Shown: in pieces, positions 56,515 to 64,000 of the stretch | Layout of the letters: each line of letters opens with the position of its first letter | Position numbering within the stretch: the stretch's first letter is position 1 | Source of the DNA: an uncultured Alphaproteobacteria bacterium | GTDB lineage: Bacteria > Pseudomonadota > Alphaproteobacteria > Rhizobiales > Rhizobiaceae | DNA: 64,000 nucleotides | Direction of reading: 5' to 3' | NCBI GenBank assembly: GCA_963799325.1 | Contig: CAWCWS010000004.1 | Span: forward strand, 430,469-494,468 | Notes under the pieces: model-generated | Databases searched by the model: none | Told to the model about the DNA's origin: nothing | The model's input: only the letters and a program-made list of their open reading frames with translations | Program-made: the position numbers and the translations under genes

Positions 56515-57977
56515 CCCGACCCGCCCCCGAGTTCGCTCCCAAGCCCGCCGCCAAGCCCGCCGCCAAGTCCGCCACCGAACCGGACCCTGCCAGCGATCTG
56601 GATATCCTCATCGCCGAAACCGTTCCCGGCACATCCCGCAAGAAGAGACGGTCCGCTTTCCGCGATGCGGTGATGAGCCTGTGGCCGGGTATCGGTCGCT
56701 CGGCATTGCCGGAACGCATTGCCGGAGCGATCGCGGCCAACGACAATGTGTCTGAAGTTCTGGTCAAGCTGATCCAGTTGGCCGTTTTCGCCCTGTGGGG
56801 CCTGCTGTTTCTCGCCACACCGCAACCGGACCCGACCACAGTGTCACGGGTGCCGCTGGTGGTGGGCATCTACCTCGTCGTCAATATTGCGCTGCTGATC
56901 GTGGCGCTGACGAAGCGCACGCCATCGTGGCTGATCTACATCTCGATCTTTGTCGACATGGCGCTGCTGACCTATCTGATCTTCTCGTTTCACATCCAGT
57001 ACGGCCAGCCCGCTTCCTTCTCGCTGAAGGCGGTGGAGGTGATGAACTATTTCGTCCTCATCGCGCTCAGGACATTGCGGTTCGAAGCGCGTTACGTGCT
57101 GGCGGCCGGCTTCATGGCGATTGCCGGCTGGACCGCGCTGGTCATCTACGTGACCACGAACGAACCGGGTGACCCGATGGTGACGCGGGATTACGTCACC
57201 TATCTCACATCCAATTCCGTGCTTGTGGGCGCGGAAATATCGAAGATGATCGCGATGGCGATGGTGACGATCATTCTCGCCATCGCCGTGCGACGCGCCC
57301 ATGCCTTTCTCGTGTCCGCCTATGCCGAACGCACGGTGGCGGAGGACATGTCACGCTTCATGTCGGCGGGGGTGGCGGAGCAGATCCGCGACAGCGAACA
57401 CGCCATCGTCGCGGGTGAAGGGGTGCGACGGGAGGCGGCCATCGTCAATGTGGACATCCGCGGTTTCACCGGCATCGTGGCCGACCTGCCGCCGGACGAT
57501 GCGATGAGCCTGCTGTCGCGCTATCAGGGCACCATCGTGCCGCTGGTTCACAAGCGCGGCGGGTCGATCGACAAGTTCATGGGCGATGGCATCATGATCA
57601 CCTTCGGCGTGACGAGCGACGACGACGCCTATTGCGCCAACGCCGTGCGCCTGTTGGATGACATTATCGCGGCGGGCGACGCGCTCTCCTTTCAGGGCAA
57701 ACCGCTGGCCGTCAACATGGCGCTGGACGCGGGCACCGTCATCTACGGCGCGGTCGGCGAAGGCGACCGCCTCGAATACACGGTCATCGGCGAACCGGTG
57801 AACCGGTCCGCGAAACTCGAAAAGCACAACAAGGCCCTCGGCACCCGGGCTATCGCCACGCGCCCGGCTTATGCACGTGCCGTAAAACAAGGCTACCGGC
57901 GCAATGACAAGCCGGAGGAGGTTTCCAGCCATACGGAAGACGGCAGCGGACCGTTCGATCTGGTCATTCTGGCGTGA
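56511..57977 (+). CDS. membrane-anchored class III adenylate/guanylate cyclase
   Basis: 488 aa with a polytopic N-terminal half. The CHD has AAIVNVDIRGFTGIV, KFMGDGIMITFG and YTVIGEPVNRSAKLE. The GTG start overlaps the MBL stop (GTGA). Confidence 0.85.
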   Translation: MTRPAPEFAPKPAAKPAAKSATEPDPASDLDILIAETVPGTSRKKRRSAFRDAVMSLWPGIGRSALPERIAGAIAANDNVSEVLVKLIQLAVFALWGLLFLATPQPDPTTVSRVPLVVGIYLVVNIALLIVALTKRTPSWLIYISIFVDMALLTYLIFSFHIQYGQPASFSLKAVEVMNYFVLIALRTLRFEARYVLAAGFMAIAGWTALVIYVTTNEPGDPMVTRDYVTYLTSNSVLVGAEISKMIAMAMVTIILAIAVRRAHAFLVSAYAERTVAEDMSRFMSAGVAEQIRDSEHAIVAGEGVRREAAIVNVDIRGFTGIVADLPPDDAMSLLSRYQGTIVPLVHKRGGSIDKFMGDGIMITFGVTSDDDAYCANAVRLLDDIIAAGDALSFQGKPLAVNMALDAGTVIYGAVGEGDRLEYTVIGEPVNRSAKLEKHNKALGTRAIATRPAYARAVKQGYRRNDKPEEVSSHTEDGSGPFDLVILA

Positions 57978-57987
57978 GTGGGCTGGC

Positions 57988-59676
57988 GTGAGCCTTGCCA
58001 CACAGCTTCCCCGTCTAAGGCTTTGGTCCGGGCTGGTGCTGTTCGTGTATGTGGTCGTCCATCTGCTCAATCATGCACTGGGGCTCGTCTCGCTCGACGT
58101 GCAGGATAATGTCGGCCAGTGGGTGCAGGCCTTCTGGCGCACGATACCGGGCACGGTTGCGCTTTATGGTGCGTTGGCGGTGCATTTCATCTCGGTGCTG
58201 GTGGGTTTGTGGCGACGCCGCACCCTGCGAATGCGCGGGACCGAACGGGCGCAGATCGCGCTTGGCATCGCGATCCCGTTCCTGCTTGTCGTCCATGTGA
58301 TGGGCACGCGCTATGCTGCGGAAGCCTACGGCATCCATGACGGTTATGCTTATGTGCTGCTGTCCACATTCGTGTTCAGCCCAGTCTCCGGCGTGCTGAA
58401 TGCCGCCGGTCTGGTGGCCGCGTGGATCCACGGGGTAATCGGCCTGCACATGTGGCTGCGGGTGAAGAGCTTCTATTCGGTGCGTGTCCACCAAACCGGT
58501 CTCGTGCTCGCCACGCTGGTGCCGAGTGCTGCCTTGGCTGGCTATCTGTCGGCAGGGCGGGCCATCATTCCCCTGTCGCTCGATGGCGACTACATGGAAG
58601 GATATTATGCCGGACTGAACCTTGTCGACGACGCGGTATGGGCGTTTATCGCCCGGGACACGGATATGGTCCGCAACGGCCTGATCGGGATCGTTGCCCT
58701 GCTCCTTGTCAGTCGTCTGGTGCGCCACTGGGCCCGCAGCCGCCACCGCCGCATCGTGGTCGATTATGTGGATGGCCCCGTGACCAAACAGGATGTCGGC
58801 CCCACCCTGCTGGAAATGAGCCGCATGCGCGCCGTTCCCCATGCCAGCGTGTGCGGGGGCAAGGGGCGGTGTTCCACCTGCCGCGTCCGCATCGTCAAGG
58901 CAGAAGGTGATATTCCTGAGATTGACGACGACGAACGCCGTGTGCTGCGCCGGTTCAAGGCCGGTGAGGACGTGCGGCTCGCCTGTCGCCTCAGACCGAC
59001 CGGCAATATGACGGTGCTGCGTCTCATGCCTGCGGAAGCCACCATGAGGATGGTGGCCGAGCAGGGGCGTTTTGCGACCGGGCAGGAAATGGTGGTGACG
59101 GTGATGTTTGCCGATCTGCGGGATTTCACGCGCACCTCCGAAAAGCGCCTGCCCTTCGATGTGGTCTATCTCATCAACCAGTTTTCCGGTGCGATGGGCC
59201 GTGAAGTGGAGGCGCAGGGCGGGCGGATCGACAAGTTTCTCGGCGACGGGCTGATGGTGCTGTTCGGTCTGGAAGACACACCGCAACAGGGTGCGCGCTC
59301 GGCATTGGCCGCCGCTGCCGCGATGATCGATGCGCTCGATGCGCTGAATGCAAGCCTGAAAGGCGATCTCGACGAACCGCTCCGAATGGGTATCGGCCTG
59401 CACAGCGGTCCGGCAGTGCTGGGCGAAATCGGCTACGGGGCGGCGCGTGCGCTGACGGCGGTGGGCGATACCGTGAACGTGGCCAGCCGCCTTGAGACCG
59501 CGACGAAAGCCGGTGATTGTATCGCCTGCATTTCCGCCGCCACCGTCGATCTGGCTGCTCTGGACAGGCCGATGGTCGTTCCCGTGCCTATATCCGTAAA
59601 AGGCAAGGACGAGCGCATCTCCGTTTATCGCGTCGATCATCCCCGCGAGCTGGAAATCATTGCGGTATCGGTCTGA
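57988..59676 (+). CDS. class III adenylate cyclase with N-terminal His-rich membrane domain and 2Fe-2S ferredoxin-like domain
   Basis: The start is taken at GTG 57988 (V29 of ORF 57904..59676), 10 nt after the previous stop. There are five predicted TM helices (HLLNH, AVHFISVL, VVHVMGTRY, WIHGVIGLHMW). The Cys cluster is SVCGGKGRCSTCRV...LACR. The CHD has VTVMFADLRDFT, KFLGDGLMVLFG and TAVGDTVNVASRLE. Confidence 0.85.
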   Translation: MSLATQLPRLRLWSGLVLFVYVVVHLLNHALGLVSLDVQDNVGQWVQAFWRTIPGTVALYGALAVHFISVLVGLWRRRTLRMRGTERAQIALGIAIPFLLVVHVMGTRYAAEAYGIHDGYAYVLLSTFVFSPVSGVLNAAGLVAAWIHGVIGLHMWLRVKSFYSVRVHQTGLVLATLVPSAALAGYLSAGRAIIPLSLDGDYMEGYYAGLNLVDDAVWAFIARDTDMVRNGLIGIVALLLVSRLVRHWARSRHRRIVVDYVDGPVTKQDVGPTLLEMSRMRAVPHASVCGGKGRCSTCRVRIVKAEGDIPEIDDDERRVLRRFKAGEDVRLACRLRPTGNMTVLRLMPAEATMRMVAEQGRFATGQEMVVTVMFADLRDFTRTSEKRLPFDVVYLINQFSGAMGREVEAQGGRIDKFLGDGLMVLFGLEDTPQQGARSALAAAAAMIDALDALNASLKGDLDEPLRMGIGLHSGPAVLGEIGYGAARALTAVGDTVNVASRLETATKAGDCIACISAATVDLAALDRPMVVPVPISVKGKDERISVYRVDHPRELEIIAVSV

Positions 59677-59744
59677 ACAGTGCCACCATTGGCACATAGA
59701 CATTTGTATTCGCGCCCGTAACGGCACTATCGAAAGGCGAACCT

Positions 59745-60479
59745 ATGGAGCCTGCAATGATGTCCAACCGAATCCATCGTTTCGCTTACAAAACGGCATT
59801 GGCGACGCTGACCATGTTTCTCCTGCCGCTGGCGGACATGTCCACCTCACCGGCAGTTGCCGGATGTGACGATGGCCCGAACCCTGGCGTGGACTGGACC
59901 GACTGCCGCAAGCGCAACATTATCGCCAAGGGCCGCGATTTGAGCGGGGCAAAGATGGACGGGCTCGACACGCTCGGCTCCGATTTCCGCGAGGCCAATC
60001 TGGCCGGTGTGTCGATGGTCAAGGCCCTGATGAACCGGGTCAATGCCTCACGGGCCAATATGGCGAAGGCCGACCTGTCGAAGGTCGAAGCGGCCCGCGC
60101 AACCTTCATCGGGACCGACCTGACGGAAGCGGTCTTCAACAAGTCCGTCCTGTTCCGCGGCGATTTCACCGAAGCCAAGCTGACAGCCGCCGACCTGTCG
60201 AAGGCCGAGTTCTCCCGTGCCACGTTCGACGGGGCGCAGATGAGCGGCGTGAACCTGTCCTTCACCAACCTCGCCCGCGCCACGTTCTACGATGCGGCAA
60301 TGGACAATGTGAATCTGGAAGGGGCGTGGCTCTACCGGACCGGCATCGACGGGGTGGACCTGTCGACGGCGCAGGGGCTGACCAACGACCAGGTCGCGCA
60401 AGCCTGCGGCAACGCGGACACCAAACTGCCCGCCGAAATCACCCCGCCTGCCGCCTGGCCCTGTGCGCCGGATGAGTGA
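59745..60479 (+). CDS. pentapeptide-repeat protein, secreted
   Basis: 244 aa with a signal sequence. It carries tandem A(D/N)LxX repeats (ANLAGVSMVKALMNRVNASRANMAKADLSKVEAARATFIGTDLTEAVFNKS..). Confidence 0.85.
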   Translation: MEPAMMSNRIHRFAYKTALATLTMFLLPLADMSTSPAVAGCDDGPNPGVDWTDCRKRNIIAKGRDLSGAKMDGLDTLGSDFREANLAGVSMVKALMNRVNASRANMAKADLSKVEAARATFIGTDLTEAVFNKSVLFRGDFTEAKLTAADLSKAEFSRATFDGAQMSGVNLSFTNLARATFYDAAMDNVNLEGAWLYRTGIDGVDLSTAQGLTNDQVAQACGNADTKLPAEITPPAAWPCAPDE

Positions 60480-61060
60480 GCCTGATCCAAAACTCCATAT
60501 CGACGTTCGCACGGGCCTGCCGGAGGAATGGCAGTTCCTGCTGAAGCAATATCCGCGCGAAACGTGGATGGCGAACACCGATTTGGGTGAAACCACGAAA
60601 TTCTGGCTCTCCATTCACCGCCATTTCCGGCAGATGGCGGCGCATCTGACCTCCGTGTCGGGTGACTACCGGGAGGGTCTGGTGGACGCGCAGGCGTTCC
60701 GCACGCCGCATGGCACCCCGGCTGCAGCAGTTCCTCGGCACCCTCGACCATCATCACCGGATCGAGGACCATCATTTCTTTCCCCATTTCATCGCCGCCG
60801 AAAAACGGCTGGCGCGGGGTATCGAATTGCTGGAAGCCGACCACCACACGATCGACGCGCAGGTTCATGCGATGGTGACGAGTGCCAATACGCTGCTACA
60901 AACGCCAGCCGACAATGCTGAGGCCTTGAAGCGCAACGGCGCGGATTTCGCCGATACGTCCGACAGGATTGTGACCCTGCTCGCGCGGCATCTGGATGAC
61001 GAGGAAGATATCGTCGTGCCACTGATGCTGGATCGCGGCGAGGTGCAATTGTTGTCGTAA
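60472..61060 (+). pseudogene. hemerythrin-like domain protein, one +1 frame switch near 60.70 kb
   Basis: MSEPDPKLHIDVRTGLPEEW..FWLSIHRHFRQMAAHL.. joins ORF 60662..61060 (..LQQFLGTLDHHHRIEDHHFFPHF..LEADHHTID..LARHLDDEEDIVVPL), which has His/Glu-rich hemerythrin cation-binding motifs. The start overlaps the end of the pentapeptide gene by 8 nt. Confidence 0.7.
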
Positions 61061-61292
61061 AACGAAAATCGCCCCGTTTCCGGCATGGGGGGATGCGGGA
61101 AGCGGGGCGATGTACCGGGGGGTCTTGAGGGGAAAGAGCGCCCGGGATCCGTGTGTCTCAGATATGAGACGTTCGACACAGTGATTGGTTGCACCGGTGT
61201 TTCGCTTTTTTCGCTTTTTTTGCGACAGGCTGTTTCGCCGAGCTTGGCATGAGGCTTGCTATGTGCAGGGTATCATCACCGGAACCAAGATC

Positions 61293-62207
61293 ATGCGCGC
61301 CATACTTCTCCCGTTTTTTGCACTCGTCGCCACCTTCCTCTCCTTGACCGCTTTTGCTCAGGAGCGGCTCGATACGACGCCCCGCATAGCCGTTATTTCC
61401 GCTTTCGCGCCTGAATGGCTCTCGATTCGTGAGCTTATGACCGAAACCACATCGCACGATGTCAACGGCTCGACATTCGTGACCGGCAAACTCGAAGGTA
61501 AAAATGTCGTCGCCTTCCTGTCCGGCGTGTCGATGGTCAACGCCGCGATGACTACGCAACAGGCACTTGACCGTTTTTCCATCACGTCCATCGTCGTGTC
61601 CGGCATTGCAGGCGGCGTCGATCCCGACCTGAATATCGGAGATGTGGTGATTGCCGGTCGGTGGGCGCAGTATCTCGATATGGTCATCGCGCGGGAAACC
61701 GGAGACGATGCCTATTCACCGCCACCCTTCCTTGACACGCCTCACGCCAATTTCGGCATGATGTTTCCGCGCATTATCGACGTGACGGTTACGGGCGAGG
61801 AACAGCCGGTCAAGAAGTTCTGGTTCGACGTGGATGCGGGCCTGCTCGCGACCGCCCAGACGGTCGCGGCGAGTATGGATCTGGAAGCCTGCGTCGCTGA
61901 AAACCAATGTCTGGGCACCCCGCCGAAAATCGTCGTGGGCGGCTCCGGTGTGTCCGGTTCGGCCTTCGTCGACAACACCGCGTTCCGTGAATATGTCTTC
62001 GACACGTTCGGCGCGAAGGTGCTCGACATGGAAACGGCTGCCGTCGCCCACGTGGCGTTCAACAACGGCGTGCCCTTCATCGCTTTCCGGTCCCTGTCCG
62101 ACCTGGCCGGCGGCAGTGAGGAGGCCAACGAAATGGGCACGTTCATGGGGCTCGCCGCCAGCAATTCGGCGGCGGTGATGACGGCGCTCGTGAAGGCGAT
62201 GCCGTGA
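61293..62207 (+). CDS. periplasmic nucleoside phosphorylase/nucleosidase-family protein (PNP_UDP_1, MTA/SAH-nucleosidase-like)
   Basis: M37 of ORF 61185..62207 gives a signal peptide MRAILLPFFALVATFLSLTAFA. Blocks follow: IAVISAFAPEW, SGVSMVNAA, VSGIAGGV, LDMETAAVAHV and FRSLSDLAG. Confidence 0.75.
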   Translation: MRAILLPFFALVATFLSLTAFAQERLDTTPRIAVISAFAPEWLSIRELMTETTSHDVNGSTFVTGKLEGKNVVAFLSGVSMVNAAMTTQQALDRFSITSIVVSGIAGGVDPDLNIGDVVIAGRWAQYLDMVIARETGDDAYSPPPFLDTPHANFGMMFPRIIDVTVTGEEQPVKKFWFDVDAGLLATAQTVAASMDLEACVAENQCLGTPPKIVVGGSGVSGSAFVDNTAFREYVFDTFGAKVLDMETAAVAHVAFNNGVPFIAFRSLSDLAGGSEEANEMGTFMGLAASNSAAVMTALVKAMP

Positions 62208-62217
62208 GGCCAACGCC

Positions 62218-63405
62218 CTAGCGCGTCAGTTCCTTCATCCCGTCGCCCAGGCCGGACAGGGTGAGCGGGTACATGCGCTTGCCCATGATCTCCTGGATCA
62301 TCGTGGTGGACTGGGTATAGCGCCAGCTCTTTTCCGGCACGGGGTTCAGCCAGATGGTCGATGGCCACTGATCGACGGCGCGGCGCAGCCATGTCTCGCC
62401 GGACTCCGCGTTCCAGTGTTCCACCGCGCCGCCGGGATAGACGACCTCGTAGGGGCTCATGGCCGCATCGCCCACGAAGATGCACTTGTAGGACGGGCCA
62501 AAGGTGCGCAGCACCTCCATCGTCGGTGTCACCGCCTCGCGGCGGCGGCGATTGTCCTTCCACACGCCTTCGTAGAGGCAGTTGTGAAAGTAGAAGAAAT
62601 CCATGTGCCGGAACTCGGATTTCGCCGCCGAAAACAGCTCCTCCACCTGCCGGATGTGGCCGTCCATCGAGCCGCCGACATCGAGAAACAGCAACAGCTT
62701 CACCGCGTTGCGCCGTTCGGGCCGGGTTTTCACGTCGAGCCAGCCGTGTTCGGCGGTGGAGCGGATGGTGCCGTCGAGGTCGAATTCGTCCGCCTCGCCT
62801 TCCCGCGCCCACCGGCGCAGGCGTTTCAGCGCGACCTTGATGTTGCGGGTGCCGAGCTGCACATCGTCGTCGAAATCGCGGAACTCGCGTTTGTCCCACA
62901 CCTTCGTTGCCCGGCGATGGCGGCTCTCGTTCTGGCCGATGCGCACCCCTTCCGGGTTGTATCCGTATGCACCGAAGGGAGAGGTGCCGGCGGTGCCGAT
63001 ATTCTTCGAGCCGCCCTGATGGCGCTTGTCCTGATTGGCGAGGCGCTCGGCCAGACGCTTCATCAATTCCTCGAATCCGCCCGCCGCTTCGATCTCGGCC
63101 TTCTCCTCGGGCGTCAGGTGCTTCTCGGCCAGTTTTCGCAACCACTCTTCCGGCAGGCTGCGCTGGGCGATTTCTTCGGGTACGCCGGAGACCGCTTCCA
63201 GCCCCTTGAACACCTGTGAAAACACGCGGTCGAACTTGTCGATGTTGCGCTCGTCCTTGATCAGCGCGGTGCGGGCGAGGAAATAGAATTCCTCCACGTC
63301 CCACATGGCCACGCCCCGCTCCATGCCTTCCAGCAACACGAGATATTCGCGCAGGGAGACCGGCACGTTGGCGGATTTGAGGGAGAAGAAGAGGGTGTCG
63401 AACAT
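62218..63405 (-). CDS. VWA domain-containing protein (CoxE-like)
   Basis: ATG at M5 of ORF 62218..63417 gives MFDTLFFSLKSANVPVSLREYLVLLEGM... A C-terminal VWA/MIDAS region follows (LLLFLDVGGSMDG). Confidence 0.75.
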   Translation of the reverse strand: MFDTLFFSLKSANVPVSLREYLVLLEGMERGVAMWDVEEFYFLARTALIKDERNIDKFDRVFSQVFKGLEAVSGVPEEIAQRSLPEEWLRKLAEKHLTPEEKAEIEAAGGFEELMKRLAERLANQDKRHQGGSKNIGTAGTSPFGAYGYNPEGVRIGQNESRHRRATKVWDKREFRDFDDDVQLGTRNIKVALKRLRRWAREGEADEFDLDGTIRSTAEHGWLDVKTRPERRNAVKLLLFLDVGGSMDGHIRQVEELFSAAKSEFRHMDFFYFHNCLYEGVWKDNRRRREAVTPTMEVLRTFGPSYKCIFVGDAAMSPYEVVYPGGAVEHWNAESGETWLRRAVDQWPSTIWLNPVPEKSWRYTQSTTMIQEIMGKRMYPLTLSGLGDGMKELTR

Positions 63406-63413
63406 TGTGACAG

Positions 63414-63789
63414 TCAACGCGTGCGTACATGTCGTTCAACCACGTCTCCAGCGCTTCTTTTCGGAAGTGCCGCTTTATCCAGACGCGCGAGGATAAAACT
63501 CGAGATCCATCTCGTAAGCGGTCGATCCGCGACGCCGTTGATACCGAGAAACGAACAGGTCGCCGCGAAAGCGACGCGCTTGTTTCCGTCGACAAAACCG
63601 TGGTTCATCGTCAGGCTTTCCCATAAGGCAGCGGCTTCTTCGATCAGGTCAGAGTAATAGCCGGTTTGCGGCCGCAGTAAGGCCGACTCAAAAGCGCGAT
63701 GTCACGAATGCCGTCAGCTCCGCCGTATGCTCAATTTGTCGGTCGTGGAGAGTCCAAAAGGTCTTCAATGGTCAGATACTGTAACGCAT
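63414..63789 (-). pseudogene. doc: Doc (death-on-curing, Fic-fold) toxin, multiply frame-shifted plus in-frame stop
   Basis: Stitched frames give M R .. YLTIEDLL / LHDRQIEH / GGADGIRDIALL / ESALLRPQTGYYSDLIEEAAALWESLTMNHGFVDGNKRVAFAATCSFLGINGV...LDKAAL.. The Fic/Doc motif HxFxDGNKR is intact. At least four frame switches of mixed sign are present. Confidence 0.75.
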
Positions 63790-63799
63790 ATCCGAGACC

Positions 63800-64000
63800 C
63801 TATTCAGCGAGTTTGCGAAATGTGCTGTCATCTGATCATAATTTCGTATGCGCCCGTCGTGCTCTCTGACTGACACCGTTGATTGTCACGGTCCGGGTCG
63901 CTCGCGTTCAAATTCGTCCTTGAGACCACGACAGCGACATTCTGCCGTTCTTCTGTATCGCAACGGGTTCGATCCGCGCGGTGTCAACAACTCACCAAAT
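63800..64000 (-). pseudogene. Phd/YefM-type antitoxin fragment (multiply frame-shifted, runs off window end)
   Basis: Fragments in three frames read FGELL / VDTARIEPVAIQKNGR / NVAVVVS / KDEFERE. They match the Phd/YefM pattern (GEPV.I.KNG..VAV.VS.DEFE.L). The last frame ends ..FRKLAE-TAG at 63800-63802, just upstream of doc. Confidence 0.5.

Noticed and set aside
61068-61111. The hairpin ATCGCCCCG..CGGGGCGAT after the hemerythrin gene as a terminator.
   Set aside because: It has a 26-nt loop and no T-tract on either strand, so it does not meet the criteria for an intrinsic terminator.

Overview
This is a high-GC alphaproteobacterial chromosome segment. The chvG/chvI, ndvB, short hprK and pckA layout looks Rhizobiales/Hyphomicrobiales-like. 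All calls come from reading the ORF track and the DNA by eye; no searches were run.

Gene content, left to right:
- A DctP fragment, tRNA-Arg(CCG), and truB-rbfA.
- A tandem glycine riboswitch in front of a DadA-family flavoprotein.
- An ~8.5 kb cyclic beta-1,2-glucan synthase and a self-sufficient CYP102-type P450.
- A minus-strand catabolic/transport block: sarcosine/dimethylglycine-dehydrogenase-like enzyme, NitT/TauT-type ABC importer, dihydropyrimidinase, carbamoylase.
- The conserved npr / EIIA-Man / hprK / chvG / chvI <> pckA block.
- Nitroreductase, msrB, a fasciclin protein, a class A PBP, an acyltransferase, an M20 peptidase, polA, a cupin protein and pdeM.
- pnp and rpsO, separated by an orphan response regulator.
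- DUF421, a GH25 muramidase, an SDR and a thiolase.
- DUF3095 placed divergently from a compact cyclic-nucleotide operon: ABC-like protein with a degenerate NBD, cNMP-binding protein, MBL hydrolase and two class III cyclases. A pentapeptide protein, a hemerythrin, a periplasmic nucleosidase-like protein and a VWA protein follow.
- A decayed phd-doc pair at the right edge.

Most notable observations:
1. Three toxin-antitoxin or defence-like cassettes sit exactly in the gene junctions of the hydantoinase/ABC operon. They are RHH-ParE, an AT-rich orphan ORF with an RNxxxHG (HEPN-like) motif, and a MazF-like pseudogene with a small ORF. Each ends in an ATGA overlap with the next operon gene.
2. 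The cNMP operon and its degenerate ABC protein.
3. The glycine riboswitch on a non-canonical target gene.
4. About 30 reading-frame switches in otherwise recognisable genes. Nearly all are +1 and they cluster in blocks, which most likely reflects assembly indel errors. The TA genes instead show denser, mixed-sign lesions.

No CRISPR array, rRNA, transposase or integrase was seen.
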